DNA of 64,000 nucleotides, taken from the NCBI RefSeq assembly GCF_963921235.1, contig NC_086097.1:156676001-156740000 (forward strand). Reading direction: 5' to 3'. A program made the translations under genes and the position numbers. Shown one piece after another: positions 49,666-62,864 of this stretch. The notes under the pieces are model-generated. The model saw nothing but the letters and a program-made list of their open reading frames with translations, was not told the origin of the DNA and did no database searches. The stretch's first letter is position 1. Every line of letters begins with the position of its first letter. The DNA comes from Mobula hypostoma. Lineage: Eukaryota.

Positions 49666-50493
49666 GCAGGGACATCAGAGCTCCCCTGTAGAAAGAGACA
49701 CAGCAGAAAACACCATCCATGATGCTGTCCACCTCAGTTTTCCTCCACAGACACAAGACTAATAGGCCTATAATTGTGAACCACTGATATAGGACTAATT
49801 CACCTAAAACTAAGTGCCATTGATATTAGATGAACTGGCCTGTAATTATCTGAGATAACTATCATAGAACTGCCTGGGAGACTCCATATGAATACTTTGT
49901 TAAAATAATAGACATTATTCTGCTTGACTAAAAATAAACAATTTTAATGAGGTGGATTATGTTGATACTGGGATAGTGCATATCAATTTTGTAGGCATTG
50001 ACATGTGTTTAGATGTGAAGAGGTCTCTTTTATTTTGTGGATGGTCATTTCAATTGTTGATTGCTGTGGACTGGTTGTTTTGAAATTGGAGCTAAATGAC
50101 ATGCGATTGCGACTGATTTCACAGTTTATAAAAGCAAGGAGGGTTTGATTTTTGTTTCTTAACTTGGTAGAGTTTAATTTAGTTTTTAGTTTTAATTTTT
50201 CAAAAATGTACATATTTACAGCTGAATGGGTGAACTGAGGGCCATAATGCTTAACTGCATCCTAACAGATTGGGGAAGTCACAATTAACCCCATGTCTAT
50301 TCTTTCTGATATTTTCATCTGCTTTGGCTTCTAGTCAGAATTTCAATGATTTTCTGAAACCTTCCCAGGATTCACTGATGAAGAAGCTATTTTAAAAAGC
50401 TTGTACCTGCTCTTCAGAATATTAATTATGTATCACAGTTACAACATATTTTATAGTATTATTTAGAAACCTGTTAGATTTAGTCATACATTA

Positions 50494-50517
50494 TAGACAC
50501 ACACACACAGACACACA

Positions 50518-50562
<45 letters not shown>

Positions 50563-50610
50563 ACACACACACACACAGACACACACACACAGACACACAG
50601 ACACACACAC
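50494..50610. repeat. (AC)n microsatellite with AG interruptions
   Basis: Directly visible. Confidence 0.98.
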
Positions 50611-52009
50611 GTATCCATATGATGTTAAACAAAGAACTTGAGAGACAGGGGACTGTGTGTAATTCTTGTGTTTTGCACATAATGTGTAAAACACAAGAAT
50701 GTGCTTCTTTCCTGCTATAGAGAAATCTAAGTGTCCTCAGTTATTAATCTTCAATTCACTGAATCCCAGGCCTACATCTGATGTCTGAGAGCCACAAAGA
50801 AAATGTATGTGCACTGCATATGGATTGGTTTAGCCTAAGATGTATCACGCTCTGTTTTCAGTAGCTTCATATTCCAGAACATTGATGCACACAGCAGTGT
50901 TTTCGTCTCCTGCTGTGTTTGTTATTTTGTGCTCTGGGGTGCAGATAGGAAGACAAATAAAAAGGTAGGCAAATCTCAGCATCAATGATTCTGGTCAGTC
51001 TTCGAACACTGTGAAAGAACCAATAGAATATTCCATAGCATTGCTCATGGTCAGTGAGAGGAGTCAATCTTTGATTATGATGTATGTTATACAAAGGACA
51101 CATAGTGCAGTTTCATATAGAATATAGTTGATGTCCTGCAATGTTTGTAGCAACATGAACTAAAATATAATTAGCAAGTCCTTGCAACTCTTTCTTTACT
51201 TCATTATCATAAAGTAATCATTATTATTTACAAATGCTCTCCATGCCTTGCTTTTTTAACTATTAATTTCCTCTTTCTGGTTAATGTTTGTTGCTTTCTT
51301 ATTTTGCCTCCTCGACAAGATAATTTCACTTTCACCCTAGTACCCTCTATGGGAAAGTGAATCATACTGAGCTGAGGTGCATTTCATAGTTTAACAGACA
51401 GGAGGATTTTCATTCTGGGTTAATGTATGAAATAATAACTCTAAGTGAAGAAGAACAAGTGTGCTAACACTTTGAGAAAAAGGCCAGGAGAACTGTCTGA
51501 TGAATAGCTGATCCGATGTTGTCATTCTGCTCTGTCTCCAAATATCAACATTACTCCTAGTGTTTTTAGAAAAAGAGTCATAGAGTCATGGGGCAACACC
51601 ATAAAGAAATAAACCCACCATCCTATTCATCCACGCTGACCAAGATGTTCACCTAAGCTAAGTCCTATTTGCCTGCATTTGGCCTTCTAAATTTTCCCGT
51701 ACTGTACACGTATATGTACCTGCCCAACCAACTTTTAAATGGTGTTATTGTGCCTGCCTCTACCACTCCATGTGGCAGGAAATGCTCCAGCCTTTGAATA
51801 TAGAAGTCAGCCTATTTAAATGTTTTCCGTCCCAATTTAAGATTGTGCCATCTAGTTTTTGATTGGCTTTCTCTGGGCAAAAGACTGTGTGCATTTATTC
51901 CATCTACACTCTTTATGATTTTATATACCTCTATAAGGTGACCTCTGTCTTCAAATCTGCAAGGAATTAGCCTGCCTAACCTTTCTCCATATTTTAGGCC
52001 ATTTAGGCT

Positions 52010-53119
52010 ATTGAAATGGGTGGAGCATTGGCTGATAGGCAGAAAGCAAAGGGTGGGAATAAAGTGATCCTATTCTGATTGGTTACCGGTTACTAGTGGT
52101 GTTCTGCAGGGGTCAGTGTTGGGGCCGCTTCTTTTTACGATGTATATCGATGATTTGGATTATGGATTAAATGGTTTTGTGGCTAAGTTTGCGGATGACA
52201 CCAAGATAGGTGGAGGAGCAGGAAATGTTGAAGAAACAGAAAGGTTGCAGAGAGACCTAGTCAGTTTAGGAGAGTGGGCAAAGAAATGGCAGATGAGATA
52301 CAACGTTGACAAATGTACGGTTGTACATTTCGGAAGAAGAAATAATCGAGCAGATTATTATTTAGATGGGGAGAAAATTCAAAAATCGGAAGTGCAAAGG
52401 GACTTGGGGGTCCTCGTGCAGGATACCCTAAAGGTTAACCACCAAGTTGGATCGGCGGTAAGGAAAGCGAATGCTATGTTGGCATTCATTTCAAGAGGAA
52501 TAGTGTATAAGAGTAAGGAGGTGTTGATGAGGGTCTATGGGGCATTGGTGAGACCTCATTTGGAATACTGTGTGCAATTTTGGGCCCCTTATCTTAGAAA
52601 GGATGTACTGATGTTGGACAGAGTTCAGAGAAGATTTACGAGGATGATTCCTGGAATGCAGGGGCTAACATACGAGGAGCGTTTGTTGGCTCTTGGATTG
52701 TATTCATCAGAGTATAGAAGAATGAGAGGGGACCTCATAGAAACATTTCGAATGTTGAAAGGGTTGGACAGAGTAGATGTGGAAAGGTTGTTTCCCTTGG
52801 TGGGTGAGTCCAGGACAAGAGGCCATAGTCTTAGAATTAGAGAGTACCCAGTTAAAACAGAGATGAGGAGAAATTTTTTTAGCCAGAGGGTCGTGGATTT
52901 GTGGAATTCGTTGCCACATACAGCTGTGGAGGTCCGATCATTGAGGGTGTTTAAGGAGGAGATTGACAGGTATCTAATTAGTCAGGGTATCAAGGGATAT
53001 GGGGGAAAAGCCGGAAATTGGAACTAGATGGGTGAATAGTTTAGCTCATGGGGGAGCTGCGGAGCAGACTCGATGGGCTGAATGGCCTACTTCTGCTCCT
53101 TTGTCTTGTGATCTTGTGA
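52010..53119 (+). mobile_element. 5'-truncated CR1 with (TCTTGTGA)n tail
   Basis: 303-aa ORF 52116..53027 (LGPLLF, KFADD, HLEYCVQFW). Confidence 0.95.
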
Positions 53120-53456
53120 GTCCTGGAAGCATTCTTCTAGATCTTTTTGTTTGCAGTCTGTCCAGCTTAGTGACAACATCCTTAAAAAGGAAGGATGACT
53201 GTCATGAAAGGGGCAGACGTTACATTGCACTAGATTGTACTTGATCCAACTAATTACGACCATAACTCACACTTATATTTACAGCTCTATGGGTCCAAAC
53301 AACATCCAGGCCTCACAGCCATCATCATCCTGCCAAACAAAGCAGCCTGGCCTAAATCTGTACGTAGTGTTCTCCAAAGCCTTGATGGTATTCAACATCT
53401 CATGGCAAACAGCTGAAATAGATATAGAACATAGAACATAGAAATTTACAGCACAT

Positions 53457-54625
53457 TTTGACAAGGAGATTAGTGTGCAAACTTAAAGCACACGGTATTG
53501 GGGGTAAGCTATTGATGTGGATAGAGAATTGGTTAGCAGACAGGAAGCAAAGAGTGGGAATAAACGGGACCTTTTCAGAATGGCAGGCAGTGACTAGTGG
53601 GGTACCGCAAGGCTCAGTGCTGGGACCCCAGTTGTTTACAATATATATTAATGACTTGGATGAGGGAATTAAATGCAGCATCTCCAAGTTTGCGGATGAC
53701 ACGAAGCTGGGTGGCAGTGTTAGCTGTGAGGAGGATGCTAAGAGGATGCAGGGTGACTTGGATAGGTTGGGTGAGTGGGTAAATTCATGGCAGATGCAAT
53801 TTAATGTGGATAAATGTAAAGTTATCCACTTTGGTGGCAAAAATAGGAAAACAGATTATTATCTGAATGGTGGCTGATTAGGAAAAGGGGAGGTGCAATG
53901 AGACCTGGGTGTCATTATACACCAGTCATTGAAAGTGGGCATGCAGGTACAGCAGGCGGTGAAAAAGGTGAATGGTATGCTGGCATTTATAGCGAGAGAA
54001 TTCGAGTACAGGAGCAGGGAGGTACTACTGCAGTTGTACAAGGCCTTGGTGAGACCACACCTGGAGTATTGTGTGCAGTTTTGGTCCCCTAATCTGAGGA
54101 AAGACATCCTTACTTTAGAGGGAGTACAAAGAAGGTTCACCAGATTGATTCCTGGGATGGCAGGACTTTCATATGAAGAAAGACTGGATGAACTGGGCTT
54201 GTACTCGTTGGAATTTAGAAGATTGAGGGGGAATCTGATTGAAACGTATAAAATCCTAAAGGGATTGGACAGGCTAGATGCAGGAAGATTGTTCCAGATG
54301 TTGGGGAAGTCCAGAACGAGGGGTCACAGTTTGAGGATAAAGGGGAAGCCTTTTAGGACCGAGATTAGGAAAAACTTCTTCACACAAAGAGTGGTGAATC
54401 TGTGGAATTCTCTGCCACAGGAAACAGTTGAGGCCAGTTCATTGGCTATATTTAAGAGGGAGTTAGATATGGCCCTTGTGGCTACGGGGATCAGGGGGTA
54501 TGGAGGGAAGGCTGGTGCAGGGTTCTGAGTTAGATGATCAGCCATGATCATAATAAATGACGGTGCAGGCTCGAAGGGCTGAATGGCCTACTCCTGCACC
54601 TATTTTCTATGTTTCTATGTTTCTA
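53457..54625 (+). mobile_element. 5'-truncated CR1 with (TTTCTATG)n tail, nested in the 3' UTR of an opposite-strand CR1
   Basis: ORFs 53458..53877 and 53929..54528 lie in one frame separated by stops. Confidence 0.95.
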
Positions 54626-55785
54626 TTACAGGCCCTTCGGCTCACAATGTTGTGTCGATCATGTAACCTGCTCCAGAGACTGCCTAGAATTTGCCTAGCG
54701 CATAACCTTCTATTTTCCTGAGCTCCATGTACCTATCTAAGAGGTTCTGAAAATACCCTATTGTATCAGCTTCCACCAGCATCCCTGGCAGTGCATTCTA
54801 CCCACCCACCACTCTCTGTGTGAAAAGCTTACCCCTAATATCCCCTCGGTACCTAGTTCCAAGCACATTAAAACTTTCCCCCTCTTGTTAGCCATTTCAG
54901 CTCTGGGAAAAAGCCTCTGGCTATCCACGTGATCAGTGCCCTTCATCATCTTATATACCTCTATCTGGTCACCTCTCATCCTCCATCGCTCCAAGGAGAA
55001 AAGGCCAAGTTCACTCAACCTATTCTCATAAGGTACACTCTCCAATCCTAGCAACGTCCTTGTAAATTCCCTCTGCACTCTCTCTATAGCATCCACTTCC
55101 AGCTGTAGTGAGATGACAGAACTGAACACAGTACTCCAAGTGAGGTTTGACTAAGGTCTTATATAGCTGTAACATTACCTCAGGGCTCTTGAACCCAATC
55201 CCATGGTTGATGAATGCCAACAAACAATATGCCTTCTTAACAACACTGTAACCTGCACAACAGCTTTGAGTGTCCTATCGGCAGACACCAAGATCTCTCA
55301 GATCCTCCACACTGCCAAGAGTCTTACCATTAATCCTAAATTCTGCCTCCAAATTTAACCTAACAGAATGAACCACTTCACACATATTTGGGTTAAAGTT
55401 CATCTGCCTCTTCTCAGTCGAGTTCTACATCCTATCAATGTCCCACTGTAACCTTTGACAACTCTCCAGACTATGCACAGCACCCCCAACATTTGTGTCA
55501 TCAGCAAACTTACTAACCCACCCTTCTTCTTCTTCATCCAGGTCATTTATAAAAGTCACAAAGAGGGGGAGTCCCAGAACAGATCACTGAAGAAAACTAC
55601 TGGTCACCGACCTCTGTGCAGAATACAAACCATTTACAACCACCCTTTGCCTTCTGTGGGCAAGCCAATTCTGGATCCACAAAACAAGGTCTCCTTGGAG
55701 CCCATGCCTTCTTACTTTCTGAAGGAGCCTTGCACAGGGAACCTTATCAAATTCCTTACTGAAATCCATATACGCTGCTCTACCT
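54626..55785 (-). mobile_element. CR1 RT and 3' region; its tail lies at about 53418-53456
   Basis: MDFSK.FDKVP and HLEYCVQF. The UTR acagcaca|ttacaggccc is split by the nested copy. Confidence 0.88.
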
Positions 55786-57015
55786 TTATTACTTATGTAA
55801 ATAATTAAAACCGTTAAAAAATTTACAAGGCATCACATTGCAAAAACTTTACTTAAAATATATTTCAGTGATGTAAATTAATTAAAAATAATAATATTAA
55901 GTAAAATCAAATAAAAGCTTGCCCTTACATTTTCAACTGAACTCAAGACTGCATTCAAGTGAAGGAGGCATTGAATACACCAGTGGAGGGGAAGATGAAA
56001 CATCAATCTTCATTGTAATGTACAGTTGCAGAAGTCAAGGTCAAGGTGACCCTAATATTACAGCTGAACTAAAGAGGTGTTTCACAGGCCATAAGATATA
56101 GAAGCCAAATGAAGCCTTTCAGCCAATTAAGCCTGCTCCACTATTCAAACTTGGCTGATATTTTGCAACTTCATTCTCCCACTTTCTCCCTGTAACCCTA
56201 AAATCCCTTCCCAATTAAGAACCTATCAATTTCTGTCTTAAATCCTTTCAAAGGATTCTGTGGAGAATCCATTTAACTCTTGAAGCAATGCATTCTACAG
56301 ATTCATCATCACCTGGCTAAAGAACTACTTCTTCATGTAAGTTTTAAACTGATCATCTCCATATTCTGAGGCTGTGTTTTTGGATCGTAGACCCTCCTAT
56401 GAAAAATCTCCATATCTGCTCTATCCAGACCTTACAGTGTGGCTAGTCAAAATCTTCTCTACCCTATTCCAAGCTTTAAACAGAGGTATTTATGATTAAC
56501 ACAGTTATTTTGACCTCCACAGGAGGTACCTAATAAAGTGGTCACTGAGTGTATAAGCAAACTTGCATTGCTTGAATATCATGCTACATAGAGGGTTAGC
56601 AATATTTGGCATCTGTTTCTATGAGTAATGTCTACATAAGCTGAAAAGCTAAGTCCTGCATGATTATAAATCATGGTAAAAACAATTCCAACTGATGCTG
56701 GCAAGTGCAAAGTGCCAGCATTGCCTTGAGCATTGCTGAAAGCAACTGAATACAGATTTACTTTATAAATATATTGTTTTTATCCTCATGGTATTGTCCT
56801 GTTATGATTTACCCCATCAGATTCCATTTAAAATTCTATTTCATTATTACATTGAACATAGAACATAAAACAATACAACACACCAACAGACTCTGTGGCC
56901 CACAATGTTGTGCCAAACTAATTAAGTTAATGATGCCTAATTACACTAATCCCTCTCCCTACACATAGTTCACATCCCTCCATTATTTTAAAGATTAGTC
57001 TTTGTAGTTTGATTA

Positions 57016-57322
57016 AAGGCATTTGTTAGTCTTGCGAGACCATGGATCTGTGCCTGGAAAGTCTTCACTCTCCAGGGCGCAGGCCTGGGCAAGGTTGTAT
57101 GGAAGACCAGCAGTTGCCCATGCTGCAAGTCTCCCCTCTCCACGACACCAATGTTGTCCAGGGGAAGGGCATTAGGACCCATGCAGCTTGGCACCAGAGT
57201 CATCGCAGAGCTATGTGTGATTAAGTGCCTTGGTCAAGGACACATGTTCCCTCGGCTGGGGCTCGAACTCACGACCTTCAGGTAGCTAGTCCAATGCCTT
57301 AACCACTTGGCCACGTGTCCAC
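57016..57322 (-). mobile_element. Young tRNA-derived SINE with TSD
   Basis: Minus-strand A-box TGGCCAAGTGG, B-box GAGTTCGAGCC and a gtgtccttg..caaggcactt core. TSD TAGTTTGATTA at 57005-57015 and 57325-57335. Confidence 0.88.
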
Positions 57323-58679
57323 TATAGTTTGATTATGCCTCCATAATAATGGTGAGTATCTTTGCAGAGCATCTGACCTGACAACACACATTGTAAATTC
57401 ATTCTGATTAAAAGCTGGGTTTCATTTTTATCTCCCATCTGATCCATTACAACTGGGAATTGATTCAAATATCATTTTGTCTGAATGAATTCAAAACTGA
57501 TAATGATGTCAGCACTCAGCAGGCCAGGCAGCATCTCTGGGAGAGATATGGAGTAAATATTTCAGTTCTGTGACTAAAGTCGTGAAAAATATTTGAGCTG
57601 AAAAGTTACTTCTCTTTGCTGAGATACTGATGGCTTTTATTGTGGAATATGGGTCTCACTGAAACCTGTCATTTAATCCCAATCACTGATTTGAGAAAGT
57701 GGTGGTGAACCATTTTTTTAACCTATTGTCTTTGTGGTGAAGCTATGCAGCAGTGCTTTTAGGAAAGGAGTTCCAAGATTTGGATCCAACAACAATAAAG
57801 AATAGGTGGTATATTTCCTAGTCAGGGCTGTACATTAGTGTTCATGGTCACTGCCTGATATCCTTACTCATCTTGGTGATCAAAATGATAGATTTGGGAG
57901 ATGCTATTGGAGTAGCTGTCTTGAACATCTGCAGTCTTTACAGATAGGGTCACTGAAGTGTGTTGATTAGAGAAGGAATGAATGCTTAGAGTGGGGTTGC
58001 AAGAGAGCATGGAGTTATTAAAAGGTAAGGAGCATAGTTTTAACTTAATTTTTGGTGAAAAGCTAGATGTTGAAGGAGGCCATTCAGCCCTTTAAGTCTG
58101 TAAGAACCTATGAAATAAGAGCAGGAGTAGGCCACTTACCCCATCAATCTTTCACACCACATAATATAATATTAGCTTCAATTTTGTTTTCTGTGCCATA
58201 ACCCTCAATTCCCTGCTCTTCAAGACTATTTCCTGTTTAAATCCACCCAAAACACTCTGTGAAAGAGATTTCCAATGACTCACCGCAAGTTCTCAATTTC
58301 AAATGATTGCCTTCTAATCTTTCATGTAAACTCTTATCTTGAAACTCAAGGCAGTATTAAAGATAAGACGTACAGTTGGTTAGCATGATTGGTGGATGGG
58401 GAAGGGGTAAGAATAGGAGAGAGATATGAAGGGGCCTGATGATAGAAGGGCACGGAGATACCAGGAACTATGCATTCCAGTTAGTGGTGAAAAAGGAATT
58501 GTCATGATGTCAGAAAGAGTAACAGAAAGTAAGCAGCAAGCTCAAAGTTAATCTTCATGAATACTTATACTCTGATTCAAAATAATACATTAAATACATT
58601 AATTTATGGAATCAATGTCTGGGTTGAAAAATCCACCCAACTATTGACAAAAATAAAAGTTCTTTTAAAATGAAGAATG

Positions 58680-59226
58680 AATAATCAATCTTTTCAAGAT
58701 CTAAGCAGAACATAATGTCTCTGAGCCATTGAGTATGAGTGGGTGGGGTAACATCTCTCCACCTAAGAAGGACGGCATGTCTTAATTCGGACATAAAGTT
58801 CCAAAGGATGTGGGGACCTTTTCTTGAATATTTTCATAATTCCTGTTTAGATTAAGAGTTTATCTCTTCTTTTTTTTTTCTTTTGCATTTAAATCCCTTA
58901 CTTCCAGCTTCTTTCAGTTAAGACTTACATTTTTTTTGATGTGTAAACATATTATAGCTCAGTTAGTAGGCAATATACCTTCTTTTTATAAATACAGCTC
59001 TGTGGTGATACAAAGTTATGATTAACTTTTCTATATGTCGTAAGGTTGGCTTGGAGTTGGGGAGTGGGAGGGTGGGGTGGTAACTAACTTTATACGATTC
59101 TACTTTGGGTGCTTTTTCTTAACTGTTATGAACTGTACATTTGATATGTTTGTTTTGCACTGTATAACCCTCTTTTTTACTGTTTTTTTGTTGTTGCGTT
59201 GTAAAAACATATTAAAAAAAATTTTA
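58680..59226 (+). mobile_element. L1 3' end with 5' inversion
   Basis: Minus 58680-58782 encodes RHAVLLRWRDVTPPTHTQWLRDIMFCLDLEKIDY. Plus 58781-58855 encodes LNSDIKFQRMWGPFLEYFHNSCLD*. G-rich 3' UTR, A-rich tail and TSD AAAATGA(A/G)GAATG. Confidence 0.8.
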
Positions 59227-59329
59227 AAAATGAGGAATGGAGTAATCACAAAATGTTTCATTGACTGACTTACACACAACTTACTGGGCTGAATTGACAC
59301 CCATGTTTCATCTTGCTACTTAACATTAA

Positions 59330-60200
59330 AAATGGTAAATTAGTTGATTATCGTCACATGTACCAAGGTACAGTGAACAGCTTTTGGTATATAGTGTCCA
59401 TACAGAGCAGTTCATTATAATAGTGCATTGGGGTAGCACAAGGTAAATATAATAACAGGGTGCAGAATAATACGTCACAGTTCATGGGAAGTGTAGTGCA
59501 GTGCAGTTAAATAAGCTGCAAGGCTATTACAAGTTCAAGTTCGAGTTTATTGATATTTCAACCATATGCTTGTCAAATGAAACAAGGTTCCTCTGAACCA
59601 AGGTGCACAGCACAATACATATAACTCACACATAACACAAAAAGTAATTTTACCACAATTAATTCAAGAAATAATAAGGTGTATTTATGTCATAATTTAA
59701 AAATTAAACAGTATAACACAAATACCACTTCATATGTGGCAAGATCAAGGAGGTGGCAGGGAGTTCATTAGTCTCAGAGCCTGAGGGAAGAACATGTTTC
59801 CCATCCTACCGGTTCTTGTCCTAATGCTATGGTACCTCCTGCCGGATGGTAGGGAGTCAAAGAGATTGTTCCAACAAAGAGGTTGTTAGGAGAGAACATT
59901 TAAAATGCCTTGTGTATGCAGCGCACCTGGTAAGTTCCCGGATGGGTGGAAGACAGATACCAATGATCCTCTCAGCAGTCATCACAACCTTGCAGTCAGA
60001 TGCCTTGCAATTCCAGGTGGTGATGTTAACTGGTCAGTGCACTCTCAATGATGCTCCTATTGTTTAGAATGACGGTGGGGAGACATTACTCACCTCACTC
60101 TCCTCAGGAAGTGGAGACGATGCTGTGCTTTCTTGACTAAAGAGGTGGGTTTTAAGGACCAGGTGATGTTGGCCATTATGTGCACTCCCAGAAACTTGGT
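59330..60200 (-). mobile_element. Rex1/Babar-like LINE 3' fragments
   Basis: KFLGVHI..NITWSL..TSLVKKAQHRLHFLRR. Confidence 0.7.
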
Positions 60201-60264
60201 TGGTAGATAAGTACTAGATTGTGAGGTCCACCAAGTGGTACTGTTCAAGAACAGAATCCTGCGG

Positions 60265-61232
60265 AATGCCATTGGTCACCGACCTCCAGGCAAATTACTC
60301 TCCACCTGCTAGCACCCTCTGCCTTCTATGGGCAAGCCAATTCTGTATCCATACAGCCAGATTTCTATAATCGCATGCCTTCTGACTTTCAGGACGGCCA
60401 GCCATGTGGAACCTTATCAAATGCCTTACTAAATTCCATATATAGCACATCCACTGCTTTACCGTTATCAATGTACCTTATCACATCCTCAAAAAGTTCG
60501 GTCAGGCTTGTGTTATATGACCTGCACCTCACAAAGCCATGCTGAATATCCCTAATCAGACTATGCTTCTCCAAATAATCATAAATCCTGCCTCTAAGAA
60601 TCCTCTACAATAATTTGCCCACCACTGAAGTAACACTCACTGGTCTATAATTCCCAGGATTATCCCAACCCCCTTTCTTGAGCAAAAGAATAGCATTTGC
60701 CACCCTACTATTGTGGTCTGTGGAGATGCAAAGGTCATCACCAAAGGTGTAGCAATCTTTTCCTCATTTCCAGTAGTAACCAGGGATATATACCATCTGG
60801 CTCTGGGGATTTATTGATCCTAAAAGTTCTAGCACATCGTGCATCTTAATATCAACTTCATCAAGCATGTCAGCCTGTTTTATACTATCCTCACAAATTT
60901 CAAGGTCTCCCTCACTGGAGAATACTGAAGCAAAGTATTTATTAAGGACCTACCCTACCTCCTCTGACTCCAGGCGTATGTTTCCTCTACTGTTCCTGAT
61001 CAGTCCTACCCTCACTCTAACCATTCTCCTGTTCTTCACATATGTGTAGACTACATTGGGGCTTTCCTTAATCCTACTCGCAAAGGCCTTCTCATGCCCA
61101 TTCTAGCTCTCCAAAGTCCATTCTTCAGCTCTTTACTGGTTACCTTGCAGCTTTCTAGCGCCCTGTCTGCTCTTTGCTTCCTAAACCTTAAGTAAGCTTC
61201 TTTCTTCTTCTTGACTAGATTCTCCACAACTC
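60265..61232 (-). mobile_element. CR1 ORF2 fragment
   Basis: QHGFVR.RS..T.L.E.FE and YMEFSKAFDKVPHG. Confidence 0.85.
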
Positions 61233-62749
61233 TTGTAACTTATAAAGCTGATCTTGTTGATCACATGTTAGTAAGTTCATTGACTATTGGCCAATAATAA
61301 TTCAGGTGTTGGTTTAAACAAAGGGGAAATGATAAAGTATAAAGTGCAGGGCTATGGGGACTTAGGGAAAAATAGAATAGAATTCATTCGATTCTATTCC
61401 ATCACTGGCTCTGGTGGTGAGATTTGCTCTTTTAGGAGCTGGCATGGACCCAAAGGGGTGAATGATTTCATTTTGTGTCGTTGGTGGCTGGTGCTTCACT
61501 AGATACCCAATTTATCATGTCTTGTATCTCATCAAAATCTTCATTTAATCCAATTGGCATAGAATAACAAAGAAGCTTCGTTTCCAAGGAGATTGGTTAA
61601 CTTAAATTTATATATTGTGGGTCAGTAATTCTAGCCATTGAGGGAAGGTAACAGATAAATCAGGTGGAATGGCGCAGTTGGGTTGTGAGGATGAGGTTGA
61701 TAGTAATTTCTTACTCGAGTACTCTGTGTGCCAGCAAGTCCCCTCTCGATTTCCCTTTCTTGAGAGTTGCCAATAAGACAGAAACTGACTTGCAGTTCTG
61801 AGGGAATAGTCTTTTGGTAAGATATTAAACCGTCATTCTTGACTAGATAAAATAGTCCCATGGTATGGATCATTTACTTGTAGGCTGAATAAGAGTACAA
61901 ATTCAAAATTGCAAAAATAATCGGATCCCATTCTAGTTCCCATAACTCATGCCTATTTTCTCCATCTGACATCAATCTTTCAAACATTTTGCACTTGTTG
62001 ACATGATTAAACTTCAATCTCGCTTTGTTTTCTATCCTGTATATATATTCATCTCCTTCTGCAGATGATATTCATCCTAAACTGTCTGAAATAACAGACT
62101 GCAATGCATAAATAAACAGTTTATCATTGGCATTAAAATAGAACCAGTTGGAAAATAGATCCAAGACCACGATGCTTCACGTTGCAGCACAGCAGGGGTG
62201 CCTTCAATATATCAGCCAAAACATACATCTTTATATTCTCGCTGCATTATAAGCTAGTGAACAAGTATAATCTTCCAGCACTCTTCGATTATGCTCATGA
62301 TTGGTTCATACCAAACTTTTCCACCAAGGCAGTATGACATGATAACAGTGAGACTAAAAGCAACATAGGGCCAGGAGAAAGCTTTCTGGCTTTCCTGCCA
62401 CTAAATTAGATCATGCCTGATCTGTATTTTGACTCCATCTTGTCTGTCTTGTTTCTGCAGCTCTTAGTATCCATTCCTCAGAAGGGTTCTGGAGCAGTAG
62501 AAAGAATCACTCATCAGATTTTGCGAGAGAAAATCTATACTGTTGTCACTATCAAGAGAACCCCTGGGGAAGTGGCTTTAGTTCTCTACAAAAAATGCTC
62601 TCGTGTAGTTTTGCATGCAGCTTTCTTAGCTTCAGCTGAAGGTGCAGCCTGAGATTTAGACCAACCTGCTGGAACATCTTCTCTGCTCAGCCATGAGGAG
62701 TGAAAAAACACACATTTCCTCAGCACATTTTCACACTCAAATATTTAAC

Positions 62750-62860
62750 GTTCAATCCTGACCTCAAGTGCAGTCTGTGTGGAGTTTGCATATTCTTCTG
62801 AGCACATTCCATAGATTTCTTTTGGGTGTCAGTTTCCTTTCACATTTCAAAGATTTAGGA
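62750..62860 (+). mobile_element. Degenerate V-SINE fragment
   Basis: gttcaatcc B-box followed by gtctgtgtggagtttgca...gtttcct. Confidence 0.6.
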
Positions 62861-62864
62861 TTGT

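Noticed and set aside
50480..50694. Cys/Val-rich ORFs
   Set aside because: Translation of the (AC)n microsatellite.
57255..57322. tRNA gene
   Set aside because: A and B boxes are present but it is the head of a TSD-flanked SINE with no complete cloverleaf.
62142..62252. Ankyrin-like peptide TTMLHVAAQQGCLQY on the plus strand
   Set aside because: A single short motif bounded by stops with no good splice sites, so probably chance.
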